Shown in pieces: positions 38,163 to 50,310 of a stretch of DNA of 64,000 nt. The number at the start of each line of letters is the position of its first letter. Positions within the stretch are counted from its first letter, which is position 1. The notes beneath the pieces were generated by a model. The model worked only from the letters and a program-made list of their open reading frames with translations. It searched no databases and was not told the DNA's origin. Made by a program: the position numbers and the translations under genes. Location of the stretch: positions 72,292,001-72,356,000 of the forward strand of contig NC_059430.1 of assembly GCF_021028975.2 (NCBI RefSeq), in the 5' to 3' direction. The stretch comes from Sphaerodactylus townsendi. Taxonomy: Eukaryota.

Positions 38163-39739
38163 GTGAGTATTCATGCTGATTTTGGACTGTCCGGTCACTT
38201 TTCAGACACCTTTTTTATATGATCTTAAAAATGCACAGTGTAAAGTAGTTTACATTAAAGTATTTTATTTGTACCCATAATTTCTTTACTGGCTGTTATA
38301 TGTGCAATCTGTAATATAATGTGAGAATTTTAACCTGTTTTTAAAATGTCAAATTGGAGTTGCGTGCTGCAACTACATACAGATGAAATTTCAAGATCTG
38401 GTAGGAGACCGTAGGAAGGTTTTTCCGTACTTTTAGAGGAGGAAAAAATCTAATTGGTTAATTTTGGATTTATTTTGTGGTAGTTTTTTAAAGAGGAAAC
38501 TAAAATGTCTGAATAGTGTTAGAATATACTATGTTTCATATATCAACTTATTTGCTTAACCACACAAAAGGAAGACATCTAGGTCTGTTAGGACTTATAT
38601 GGGCCATATAATAAGAGTTGGCTTTCTTTGGTGCAAGAAGAAAAATTCTCATTATTATGGGGAATGACATCCCGCTCTCAGCATCTATGTTTGCTTACTC
38701 AGAAGTAAGTCACATTGTGCTGGCAAAAACTCACTCTGAGGTAAACTGTACATTGAATTGCAGCCTTTGGGAATGTTGCAAGACACAGAAGTAATTCTGC
38801 AGGTTTAGGACTGAACAGTGTTTGGGTAGGATCCCTCCTGAAAACTCTTCAATGCTTCTTGGAGTTTCACAGTGGTCAAAAGATGAAATATTAATGTAAT
38901 AAGACAAAAACAGTAGAATTGAACACTACCTGAAATCCTCTGAACAGTTTTCAGAAACAGCTCTATGTAGAATGCATTGTGGTAATCAGTATTCCAAGAT
39001 ATATTAGACTCCAAGAAGGAGCACAATCAGCATATTGGGTGTAATTGATAGGATGCACCCTGCTGTCACTTGGTGATGCATTAATGACCCTGGTTTCGGG
39101 AGTTGTCCCGTTAGTTGCTGCTAAGATGTTTTTAGGAATAGTAGTAATAGTCATATAATTATGATGGTGGTCCAGGGAAATCAATGCTTGGATTTAAATA
39201 AAAAGTTTATTTGGCAAAGAATTTTCTGTCATTTCACCTCTATGGATGTGGCAATGTTTTGCCTTGTATTTATTTTTAATGCACTGCTGCATTTAAGTGA
39301 ATATTCTGTGTATTGTGTCCTTGCAGCTCTGCCCAGGAACTCCTTAGTTTCCAAGAACACCATATGTATATTGGATCAAACTATTTCAGTGACTAGATAA
39401 CTGTTTTACAGATTTTCCAAAGACAATGATCATTCTAGTTCTTTTAACATGACCTGCCTAATTTCCAAGGAGAGTAGTTCATTATTGGATTTATTTGAAA
39501 AATTATGGCCAAATTTGGGAAAACCCCAAATGCTCACTAATTGTATACTGATGAGGAGACTGAAATAGTACTTTTTAATATCTCTGCACAGGCCAGAACC
39601 CAACTGAGAATATTTTGTACCTTTGATTATGGCTGACACATATAGAACACTGTAATAAACAGTTTTCTCTTACAGGAAAGCGTATACTGTCTAGAATGGG
39701 ATTTATATTCACCATTCACTAATGCTCAGTATTTTTCAG

Positions 39740-39791
39740 ATGTTCGATTGCTGCTAAATAATGATAATCTTCTCAGGGAAGGAGCAGCCCA
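39740..39791 (+). CDS. CAPZA2: CAPZA2 exon 3
   Basis: ttcag|(D)VRLLLNNDNLLREGAA(H)|gtaagt; 52 nt. Confidence 0.96.
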
Positions 39792-40150
39792 GTAAGTATT
39801 GTCACTTTTCCTTGATTTCGAACTTTTTTCACCATGTTAATAACTGATGAATACTAATAAGTAATATGATGAGAGGGACAGCGTAAAATCCCTCTTGCAG
39901 CTTCAAGATACTTTTTGCTGAGTCAAGGCTCTGAAAATTTACCAAACTCAAATTGGATCTTTTCTCCAAAGTAGAAAAGATGCTTCTATTCAAGCTCAGA
40001 ATTAGAGGCCTGGCCATTTCTTGCTTGTGAAATGTGAACAGTGTTAACTATGCTAACTTCAGCCTGTGGCTACAGATGCTTCTTAATTGTGCAACTTATT
40101 TTTCTAAACTGTATTATTCTTACTTGGTGCCTGTTATCTTTATATTATAG

Positions 40151-40214
40151 TGCATTTGCACAGTATAACTTGGACCAGTTTACTCCAGTAAAGATAGACG
40201 GCTATGATGAACAG
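40151..40214 (+). CDS. CAPZA2: CAPZA2 exon 4
   Basis: tatag|(H)[21 protein letters not shown]|gtatga; 64 nt. Confidence 0.96.
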
Positions 40215-40436
40215 GTATGAATGTATGGATTTTTTAAAAGCTTACTCTCATTTAATTCTCTTATTTTAAGCTATAGTGACAAATAGTACCTAGTTCTTAT
40301 GGAGTAGAGTTTGCATTATTTCTTGTATATTTAGAAATTAATAGTGGCTCATTCATAGAATTCACACAATTGTATATCCTTTTTAGTTATTTCAGTAACT
40401 TAATCATGATGATTCTTGGCAAAATAAAAAACCAAA

Positions 40437-40682
40437 AAGAAAAAGAGGTGTTTGGATTTATACCCGGCTTTTCTCAATCATAAAGAGCCTCAAAGCAGCT
40501 TACACACTCCTTCCCTTCCTCTCCCCACAACAGATACCTTGTAAAGTAGGTGAGGTTGAGAGAGTTCTGAGAGAATTGTGACTAGCCCAAGGTCACCCAG
40601 AAGGCTTCTTGTGTAGGAGGGGAAATCAAACCCAGTTGTCCAGATTAGAGTCCACTACTCTTAACCACTACACTGTACTGTC
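40437..40682 (-). mobile_element. Squam3-like SINE
   Basis: Same structure as 37729-38003 with a single head. Confidence 0.85.
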
Positions 40683-42515
40683 AGTCCCCCAAGCTTAACT
40701 GTGCAATAATTGCCTAGTGGTTGGTCATTTTTACTCTTTTGGGAGGGTTTGGTTTCCCTTATTATTTTATAAATGGTGGTGTTGTACCAGTTTGTGCTCT
40801 TAGGTGGTGGCATATGCATTTTCTTAATAGCCCATTCAGCATAGCTTTCTAATATTGTTAACTTCACACTGTTTCTGTATAGCAGTCTGTTAAAAATGCT
40901 TTTTTTACAACTTGAAATACATTTCCTCATTCGCCAATTTTTAATCCACTACATCACTGAATTTAAGTTTACGGTCTTGTCTGTGCTGGTTGGGACCATG
41001 GTTATAAAACTGCAGAACATAATTCCAGGTTGAATAGGATGATTAGAATGATTGAAAGTGTAATTCCTAGGCTGTCCTCATTGTCTGATACCATTCTGTA
41101 TTTTCTGCAGTAACTGACTGTGAAGTGGAGAAAGGATGGTTTAGTTGTGTTTTCCTACCACTTTTGACTTTAGGATACCAGAATTTGCCCCAGTTTTACC
41201 TCACTGTCAGATACGGATCTAAATTTTGAACCACTTCAATGTATATGTGTGGGGCTGGGGAGACACAGATGAATCTAATCAGAAGGTAGTGCTGCCAAAA
41301 GCAGAGCATTCAAGTTTTGTTCCTTGTAATATCCGTCCTTTGATGTGAACCAGGATAAATTTTACGGCAGGATAGAAGATACCTTTAAATATATTGTGTT
41401 CTAAAATATGTATTGACAATGAAGTTTAAGATCTGAGATTCAGTAATGTAGAAACATTTAGTTTTGAGTTTGATGACCACTGGAATATAGTCAGAATATG
41501 AACCAAATTACCTGATGGCTTTCAAGGAGAGCCTTACCACAAATTTTAATAAATAGCATTCACCAAAAGTGTCAGTGGATATCAGGGTCTTCCAGAGAAA
41601 ATGGCACTTAGACCGGCTGAGCTTCTTGTAGTTCCCAGCTACACTTTACTGAAAGGGGTGATAAGCTGGCATTAGTGCAGACAGGGGCTAGCTCTTGCCT
41701 TCCCAGAAGCTCTGGGGACTTTTAGTTTGACAAGTGGACTAGTTTAGATTCGTTTTTAATCCACTAGTCTTGATGAAATCAAGGATCAATAAATGAAAGC
41801 TTGCTTTCGGTGAAAAGAAGCTGCCTGTCCACTTTCCTCACTCCTCCTCTTCTTCATCAGCACATAACATTTATGTGTGTGATCAGTTTTTTCCTCATCA
41901 GCATCTGCAGCTGGAGTGTAAACTTGAATGATGTTTATGTTGATAGGCTTTCTATGAAGTCTGATATTATTTGGTCAAACTTTGCATTATAACCCCTACC
42001 TGCCTGTGCTGCATCTCACCTCACTTTTGGTGCAGCTCTGTTTCTTTGAGGTATGTGATTCCAGACTAAAATCTTTTGTAATTTTCTGATTAAAGATGTC
42101 CTGATGCAGTTCACTTTGGTTCACTCACTTCCAGAAGTGCAATGTTAAACATTCAATTTCTAATTTTATGTTTTCAAGCTTACCTTGATTCATAAACTCA
42201 CATTCCTTGGTTCCTATTATATGCATTGAACAGTTTTAGACTTTCCTTTTACATCCATTCATATCAACCACTGAACATCCTTTCAACTTCAGTCCAGCTT
42301 AGCTCCATCTTCCAGCATTATATCTTTTTTTGCTTTTTTTTTGGATTGTCCCATCATGGGGTTTTTGAGGAAGGAAATGGTCAGAAGTGGTTTACCATTG
42401 CCGCCTTCTGTGCCATACTAACCAGGGATAGCTGAAGTGGCATGGCCATTGTCTTTGATAAATTCTCAGCCAGTACCACTTTCCATTACTGCTGCTTCTT
42501 TACAGTGTTCTCATA

Positions 42516-42636
42516 GGGGTCTGCAACCTGCAGTTCTCCAGATGTTCATGGACTACAATTCCCATCAGCCCCTGCCACCATGGCTGATGGGAATTGTAGT
42601 CCATGAACATCTGGAGAGCCGCAGGTTGCAGACCCC
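42516..42636. mobile_element. Palindromic hAT MITE (55-bp arms)
   Basis: 42516-42570 is the reverse complement of 42582-42636 with 2 differences. Confidence 0.9.
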
Positions 42637-42939
42637 ACATAGACAGTGGCAAGCCTACAATCCCATCTTGCATTTCAGAATAGAGTGCATTAATTCTGCA
42701 ATTTGACTGGCTAATCATTTTTTGAAAGATTGTGGAAGTATTTTCATTTGCTCATGGTTACTTAGGCCTTGCCAGATTAGAATTGGACCTGAAGACCAGC
42801 AATTGTTATTTTGGGTTGTCAGTCTTTACCTAAAAAGTGTGTATGTGCAATGTTTGTTACTGTTTCACTATTAGATGGCATACTCAATGTAATAGCATGT
42901 TTCTATATAATTTGATAACTAAAACAGCTTGTTTTTCAG

Positions 42940-43146
42940 GTTTTAATAACAGAACATGGTGATCTGGGCAGTGGAAAGTTTTTGGATCCTAAAAATAAGA
43001 TCTCTTTTAAATTTGATCATTTAAGAAAGGAGGCTATTGATCCAAAGCCTCATGAAGTTGAAAATGCAATGGAATCATGGAGAAATTCAATCGAAAATGC
43101 AATGAGAGCATATGTGAAAGAACATTATCCAAATGGTGTTTGCACA
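42940..43146 (+). CDS. CAPZA2: CAPZA2 exon 5
   Basis: ttcag|[69 protein letters not shown]|gtaagt; 207 nt. Confidence 0.96.
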
Positions 43147-44038
43147 GTAAGTGTTAGAGCAGCTGAGAAATGATTTGGCATAAACGATTCTTTAGTCTGC
43201 TGTTTTTATTTCCGTATTTTAACCTGTCATAGACATATTTTTCATGGATAATTGTATTTATGTTAAAACTATTTTTATGTTAATATCTTTGCCCTCAGTC
43301 AGTCAGATGTCATTGAAAGTAAATTGTAGTGGGTGAATAATATACCCAACCTTTCTCAAAACGATATTCTATCATTATTGTATACAATAAAGAATCCACA
43401 TATAATCTTCAGGAGTTGCTAGATTATCAGTGACAACAGAGATTTAATTTTGAATAGACAACCACAAAAGTTGGTAACTTTTGAAAGTAACTTTTAAAAG
43501 GTACCAACAGCAAGATGAAGCATAATGTAACTTTTGTCAAAGTGATGCCAAACTGTGATTTATTCTTGGAGAGTAGCATTTGTGTTATCAGTTGTGAAAG
43601 GAGGTGTTACTACTAACAAGCACACAGCCAGGCTGCTGTTCCTATTACTTCACTGCCCAGTGCATACTACCCAGTGTATACAAAAGGAATTAACTTTTTC
43701 CCTGAATCAGGAAGTAAGAGATTCCTCTCACTGGTTACTAGACCACTGTACATTTTCCTACACAGTTAGGTCATTGGCACCTTAATCCTATTGATAGTAA
43801 TTTGTATAAGATGACCTCATAGTATTCTGTTGTTGGAGTTTTCCTATTTTAAAAAGTTCACAGATGTGATAGTAATTCAATTGCTTCTCTAGCATAGATA
43901 TACTGAAGTTGGCTAAAGGCCAGATTTCCTTTTTGTGTCTTTTAAGTTGCAGAATCAGAAACTGTCACATTAAACTTAATTTTTAAAGCATGAATTTGGA
44001 ACTTAGTATGACTGTCTGCTATTCAATTTGTGATTAAG

Positions 44039-44118
44039 GTGTATGGGAAGACAATTGAGGGACATCAGACGATTATTGTATGCATAGAAAGTCATCAGTT
44101 TCAAGCAAAAAACTTTTG
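44039..44118 (+). CDS. CAPZA2: CAPZA2 exon 6
   Basis: ttaag|[26 protein letters not shown](W)|gtaagc; 80 nt. Confidence 0.95.
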
Positions 44119-44517
44119 GTAAGCATAAGCTGCCTTATCCTTCACCTTGTAAATTGGTAATATATCCATTTATTTTTCATTGTGTTGATTGTTATACTGG
44201 ATATCTGTTTGTACCATCTTCAGCATTCATGATAATGGTTAGATTATTTATTCATATTTCACTTTGGTTATGCATACAAATTTCAATCTATAAGTTTTAT
44301 AAGAAGATATTTAAAATATATTTGAAAATATTTAGAAGTATGTTTGGGACAGAAACTTTTTACATTTTCAGAGAGATCATAAGAGACACTTCCATATATT
44401 AGTTATTAATACCTTTTGTATTGAAAGTTATCCTTATAAAATGGGTGAAGTTTCTTTACTAAATGTAAAATGCCATTTAGCCATAAAAATTAATCCTCAA
44501 CAAATTGGTTTCCAACT

Positions 44518-44578
44518 CAATATGTAGTTGATTTCAATATGTAGTTGATTTCACAAGCAATATGTAGTTGATTTCACA
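44518..44578. repeat. Three copies of the 17-mer CAATATGTAGTTGATTT
   Basis: Copies at 44518, 44535 and 44558. Confidence 0.9.
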
Positions 44579-44796
44579 CTGTCATCCTATTCAGAAGTAA
44601 ATGCTTCCTCATATACCTATCCATTGAAGACACTGGGCTTTGCTTAGGATGGCAGTGCTAGTTTTCTGTTTAAAGAACTTGTTCACATGGTTAGAAATCT
44701 GCACAGTTCTTTAGATATTTTTAGTCACATCATCGTTCAAGGGATCCTTTTTTCTGAAAAAAAATTCTCAAATTTGAATTTATTCATTTGTAAAAG

Positions 44797-44875
44797 GAAT
44801 GGCCGTTGGCGGTCGGAATGGAAGTTTGCAGTCACCCCTTCAACCACTCAAGTGGCTGGTATCTTGAAAATCCAG
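44797..44875 (+). CDS. CAPZA2: CAPZA2 exon 7 (GC donor)
   Basis: aaaag|(W)[26 protein letters not shown]|gcaagt; 79 nt. Confidence 0.93.
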
Positions 44876-45351
44876 GCAAGTTTTGCAAATGTATCAAGAT
44901 TGTATTAGCAGTATCCCTCTCTATTGATGTATCCCATGTATTAGTAACTATTTTAAAAAGGAAAAGTAGGTTCATTATGAATTATTCAGTAGTTAGATAG
45001 AAGATGTCCACATGAATACACCTGAAGCTGCCTTCTACTAAATCAGACCATGTGGTCCATCAAGGTCAGTATAGTCTACTCAGACTGGCAGCAGCTCTCC
45101 AAGGTCTAAACGCACCTACATCATTTTGCCAGTACTCGATTGGCTAATCTACTCCTAAATGTTATTTTGCTAAGCAGTCTGCTTCATTCAGTCGCCCTAG
45201 TGGTGCGAGTGAAATAAAAGTACATAACCAGTGCGCTAAGGTGTACTGTATTTTTGGAACATTCATTGCGACTAACATTACTTAGTACATAAAAAACACT
45301 CCTTGGGCTTGTTTTTTTTTCTTCATTTTTAACCAATTGTCTTATGCTTAG

Positions 45352-45423
45352 GTTCATTATTATGAAGATGGGAACGTTCAGCTAGTGAGTCATAAAGACA
45401 TACAGGACACTCTAGCAGTGACT
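45352..45423 (+). CDS. CAPZA2: CAPZA2 exon 8
   Basis: cttag|[24 protein letters not shown]|gtgagt; 72 nt. Confidence 0.96.
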
Positions 45424-47365
45424 GTGAGTATATGTTTCTATTCCTTCTGATTTATCACAGATTAAACAAAATTAATTCCATTGTAAAATAAACTCAAAAC
45501 AAACAGTGAAATACTGATTCACATATGCACATAAGTGAGTGTGCGTGGATTCCACAGGTGGTTTTTGCTAATGGACTGGATTTCCATCAGTGAAGTCCTT
45601 TCATTTCAGCCCAAAATACCCTTCTGAATTGCTTCTTGTCAGAGACAAGGAACCTTAAGAACAGTGTAAGGGAGGATAGGAGATCTGCAACAGAGGGGGA
45701 ATGAATGAAAATTGCATTCCTTCCATTAGCAGAGAATTTCTGTAGGATCAAACCCCCTGTCTCGTTGCTGTTTTCATCCAAATGTATGCAACAGTGTTTT
45801 GTTAGAGTGAAACTTCTGTGGTTATGCTGTAATGGCCGGTTCATACCTGCAGTATATCACTTGATACAGTCTTTAAGCAAGATAAATATATTTCAAATAT
45901 TTAATTGTTTGGTACATCACAAAATATTAGGAACCTTGGACTGGAAAGTCTTGAAAATGTTAACTTGCAAAACTGACTAGGTGGTACACTCTTTCTGAGG
46001 AAATAATGTAACATTTCACTCGTGTAATTATCATGTACATTCGACTTCTAGTTTGAAATATATACTATAATCTTTTGAAACAGATGTAATATCTGCTTTA
46101 AAAGATGGAAGAAGAACATGTGGTCAGAAGAGAAATTTTGTGCACCTACATGAAATATTACTTGCACGCAAAGTAAGCAAGGCAGTGGACATTATAAGAC
46201 TGATTTTGGAGCTGTCTGGCTTTTCCTGAGAGCTGTGTCCCCTAATAGGACAGATTAGAAAACTACAAAACTCTAATTTAGGCATTTTCAAGGCATCCAT
46301 ATTGAAACTCTGGTCCATTTTCCCTGGTACCCCCCTCCTGCCATATCGCAATTTCCCTTTGAAAGCCTTTGTTTCAAAATGGTTGAAGGGCTGTTAACAA
46401 AACACTAGTCCAATGTTCTTTGGGCATGTAGACCTAGAGATGCATATCTTTGGAAACAACTTCCGCAAAACATGACAGAATATATAAAGGTGTCCTGTGC
46501 TGAAGCTTGTTTGAATGAGATTAAATAGGTGAAAGAGAGTGGGTAGCAAGGGATATAAGAATTTCAATTTGTTTTGTTTTCTGATGGAGAACTACGAAAT
46601 ACTTTTTTCATTTCGAAGCTTGGAAATAAGACTTTTGTATGGCAAGAATTCTGTACATGGATGGAAGCAGAGGTCTTTGCTTTGGAAGCAGGGAAAGGTT
46701 GAAATGAAGATAATAGGATCTGTAACTTCTGTGATTGAATGTTAGTTGTAACAGCATGGATGCTATTGTGAAACTGGGTACAAATGTGAGTACATACGTT
46801 AGTGAGAACAATATGGTTGAAAGTATTGTGATTTGGCATAATGTTTGTTTCCAGTGGAAATTTAGTAGTATTCTTTCTAGGTGGTAAATGATTCTGTGTG
46901 ATTGAAAGCACAAAACTTTGCAAGATGTAGGCTTTTGATATCCAGTCCCTTTGAATTCTGAACTTCTTTCCACTGTACATAAGATGGATGCATTGTGGAA
47001 GATGGTCTGCCTTTCTGAGCTAAGAAGCGCACCGGTAGTAAAAATCATGCTAAGAAAAGCTGGCAAGCTGAGGATAAGCTAAAGGTTTATTTCCATTGTT
47101 CCTCTGGTTTCGTGCTCTTCTGTCTTGTCCTAATAGTTCTTGTGTGTATCTTTAAATAGGTGTGCGAGAAGGGGGGGGGGAGATATACCAAATAGGAAAG
47201 GGATGAGAGAAGTTTGTGTTCCTATTAGTCATTTTTAGGGAAATGTGTGCAGTGCTTTGAACACTTGAAAAAAAATCTGTATAATCATGAAGTTCTGTCT
47301 ATCTTCTGAAATAACTCTTGATCTTAAATAAATTACTTTAAAATAAATCTTCTCCTTTCTTCTAG

Positions 47366-47428
47366 AATGAAGCCCAAACAGCAAAGGAATTTGTAAAGAT
47401 AGTAGAGGCTGCAGAAAATGAATACCAG
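47366..47428 (+). CDS. CAPZA2: CAPZA2 exon 9
   Basis: tctag|NEAQTAKEFVKIVEAAENEYQ|gtatat; 63 nt. Confidence 0.96.
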
Positions 47429-48007
47429 GTATATATAACATGTCTAAATAATTTCATCTAATATTCTGATGGCCATTTCTGAAGGTTGACTTTTGTTTGT
47501 CATTGTTTTTGGCAACAGGCATTGGGAAAATGCCAACTATAGATGTGTGCACATAACTGGGGTTATATAGAAAATAGTCTGAGCTGAGTTTATGCCAGAA
47601 GAATACTAAAAGCTTTGGATGTACACCTTGAACATCCCTGTTTAACAAAATGGATGTGTATAATCATTTTCTGCCAGTTTTCCCAACATAGTATTTCAGT
47701 ATTCAAACATATCAGAAGTGTCTCTTATTTCAGGTAAATGTAATTTCTCTCTTGCTCATGCTTCCCCATTGGTGTTAAAGGGACCCTTGGGAACACCATT
47801 AAGCTAAAGGTGGCTATTTGCATTGGCAGAAATCTCCCCCCGCCCCGCCCACCCCACCCATGTTCTCACCATTGCTCATTCTTGTAATGTAAACAAGCCA
47901 TTGAAAGGGGTTCTGAAACTAGAAAATGTCTATAAAATTAGACTTCTATATTGTGTAATATGTAACAGATAAGAGAACTAATGTTTTGCCAGATAGATAT
48001 GAAAATA

Positions 48008-48511
48008 CAGTGGAACCTCTTTTTTTGTTGGTAATCCGTCTGAAAAGAATCAATAAAAACCGAAACTGATAAAAACCAAGGCAAACTTTTCCATAAGAAT
48101 CAATGTAAATCCAATTAATCCATTCTAGGCACTCCAAAAAACATACCAAAAACACATTTTTGGTGAATAAACATAGTGTTTAATGCTGAAAACAGTAACA
48201 AACAATAATATTAGGACCAGCTTCAGAGCCAGTGGACCAATGTCGCACCAGAACGCTGTCCAAAGAGGTCTGTTTCTGACGCCTCTTTAAGATTTGTCTG
48301 AAATGGGGCAAGACGTTGTCATTAAACATGTTACAGACACGGCCTGCAACAGCTTTGTCTGGGTGATTTTTCTCCACAAACCCCTGCACCTTACTGCAAA
48401 TTGATGAAAACCAAGGCAAATCGATGAAAACAGAGACAAATTTTTACTGAAAAAATAGATGAAAACCGAAACCGATGAAAACCAAAGGCAATGAAAACCG
48501 AGGTTCCACTG
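48008..48511 (-). mobile_element. Tigger/pogo deletion derivative
   Basis: TIRs cagtggaacctc / gaggttccactg with TA TSD; retains transposase C-terminus FVEKNHPDKAVAGRVCNMFNDNVLPHFRQILKRRQKQTSLD on the minus strand. Confidence 0.85.
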
Positions 48512-49328
48512 TAATCAGAACATCATAGTATTTGCTTTCTGTGGATAATTTGAATTAAGAGGTTAAGAACTTGTTTTCCGCTTCCTGAAATGGTTCTACA
48601 AGGTATGCAGCAAAGTCAATTCACTTTGAAATAGTTATCACATTTACAGTCCAGTTGAGAGGGTGGGGGATCCCCCTCTGAAGGTGGGGCGAGCTTACAC
48701 CAGTGGATTTGTCCTCTCCAGGGCACTTTCAGCAGCAGAGGGGCAAATCCACTGGCTGCAGTGCCCAGCTCTGCTCCCACATTCCTGCACCACAGCCAGC
48801 TGTGGGGGCATTCCAGAGGGCAGGACTGACTTTAGTCAGCCACCAGAGTCAGCTTGATCCCCATGTGCCAGCAGAAACCCCCATCATAGATAAGCCGCAA
48901 TTTTCATGGTGTATCTCTTCTGGCCTATGGGGGAATTCAGAGGCAATTTTTTGGCGGGGTGTGTGTGTGTTTGTTTTTTCGGGCTTCCCATGCCACAGGG
49001 AAGTCTGTGAAACAAGCGAACCAGCACCGAAGTGATGCCATGTTCACCTGCCTCATAGCTCTGGATTGAGCTGTTAATGCGTACATGTTTAATTCTCAGA
49101 AGCACTTGCGTAACTTAACCTAATAAACTGTTACAAGATTTACAGCACCCCCTGTTCTCAGATTTAGCAAAAAAGTTCAATTTTAATGTAAAAATTTTGG
49201 TGAATTGTATAATGCATGTGCAATTGTGTAACATTCAAATAAAGCATATTAGATATCAAATTATTTTTGTAAGATATGTTACTTTTAAAAATAGTTCTTT
49301 ATGTATTGTATCCTGTTGTAGTTCTTAA

Positions 49329-49493
<165 letters not shown>

Positions 49494-50310
49494 AATGAAG
49501 ATTACAAAGAGGAATTGTTTTGGTTTCCATGTGTACAAAATAAAATTGTTACGAAGGTATTCAGAACTGTCAAGTCACCAAGTCAGTATGGGCATTTGCC
49601 ATTGAAAATCACTGTTAAGTAGTTTGGTTAGGACACAAGACTTAGTTAATTGAACATTTTCCTTTGTCCTTTTGTTTTTCCTATAAACAGTTACAAAATT
49701 CAGTGCAGCTTCTGATAATTTTTTTTTACAATGATGACATACCTTTAGCTTTCAGTTAAATTAAATATTATTTGAGAGGTATTTTTGCATAAAATTGCTC
49801 CCAATGTCTCTTGCTTTCATACAAAAAGAGTCCCTAGAACACAGTATCAGTGAAGTGGTTGGTACCAGACATCATCCATTTGTCATTCAGCATGGATTAT
49901 AACCATGTATGCTGTTGTAGGAACAATCTACCCCCTCCATTGTATGTAAGCCTGGGGAAAGCATTTTCTATCTCAAACCCTTTTCAGTTATTTAGATAGC
50001 TTGTTATTAACTTAATTTTTTAAGGCCGCAGACTAATGCTGTTTGTAAGGTGTTGAAATTAAATATTAGTGCTTATTTTGGACATGCATTTACTGCTCTA
50101 TTCTTGACAGTTACTCAGATGAGTTTGGATTCTTTCAGCCCTCAAGTTACTTTTACCGTACACCCACAATTGTATTATAACAAGGCATATTGTAATATAT
50201 ATATAATCCTGTACTCATTACAGTGTCTGTCAGTTTAATTCTTTTTCTTGGATTGAAATGTACTAAAATTCAATGTGACATTAAAATGCAAATTTTCTAT
50301 TTACTTGAAT
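49494..50310 (+). other. CAPZA2: CAPZA2 3' UTR (end approximate)
   Basis: AT-rich; candidate poly(A) signals AATAAA at 49539-49544 and ATTAAA at 50280-50285. Confidence 0.5.

Noticed and set aside
39548-39572. CTGATGA...GAAA hammerhead-like core
   Set aside because: No stem II or stem III can form; chance match.
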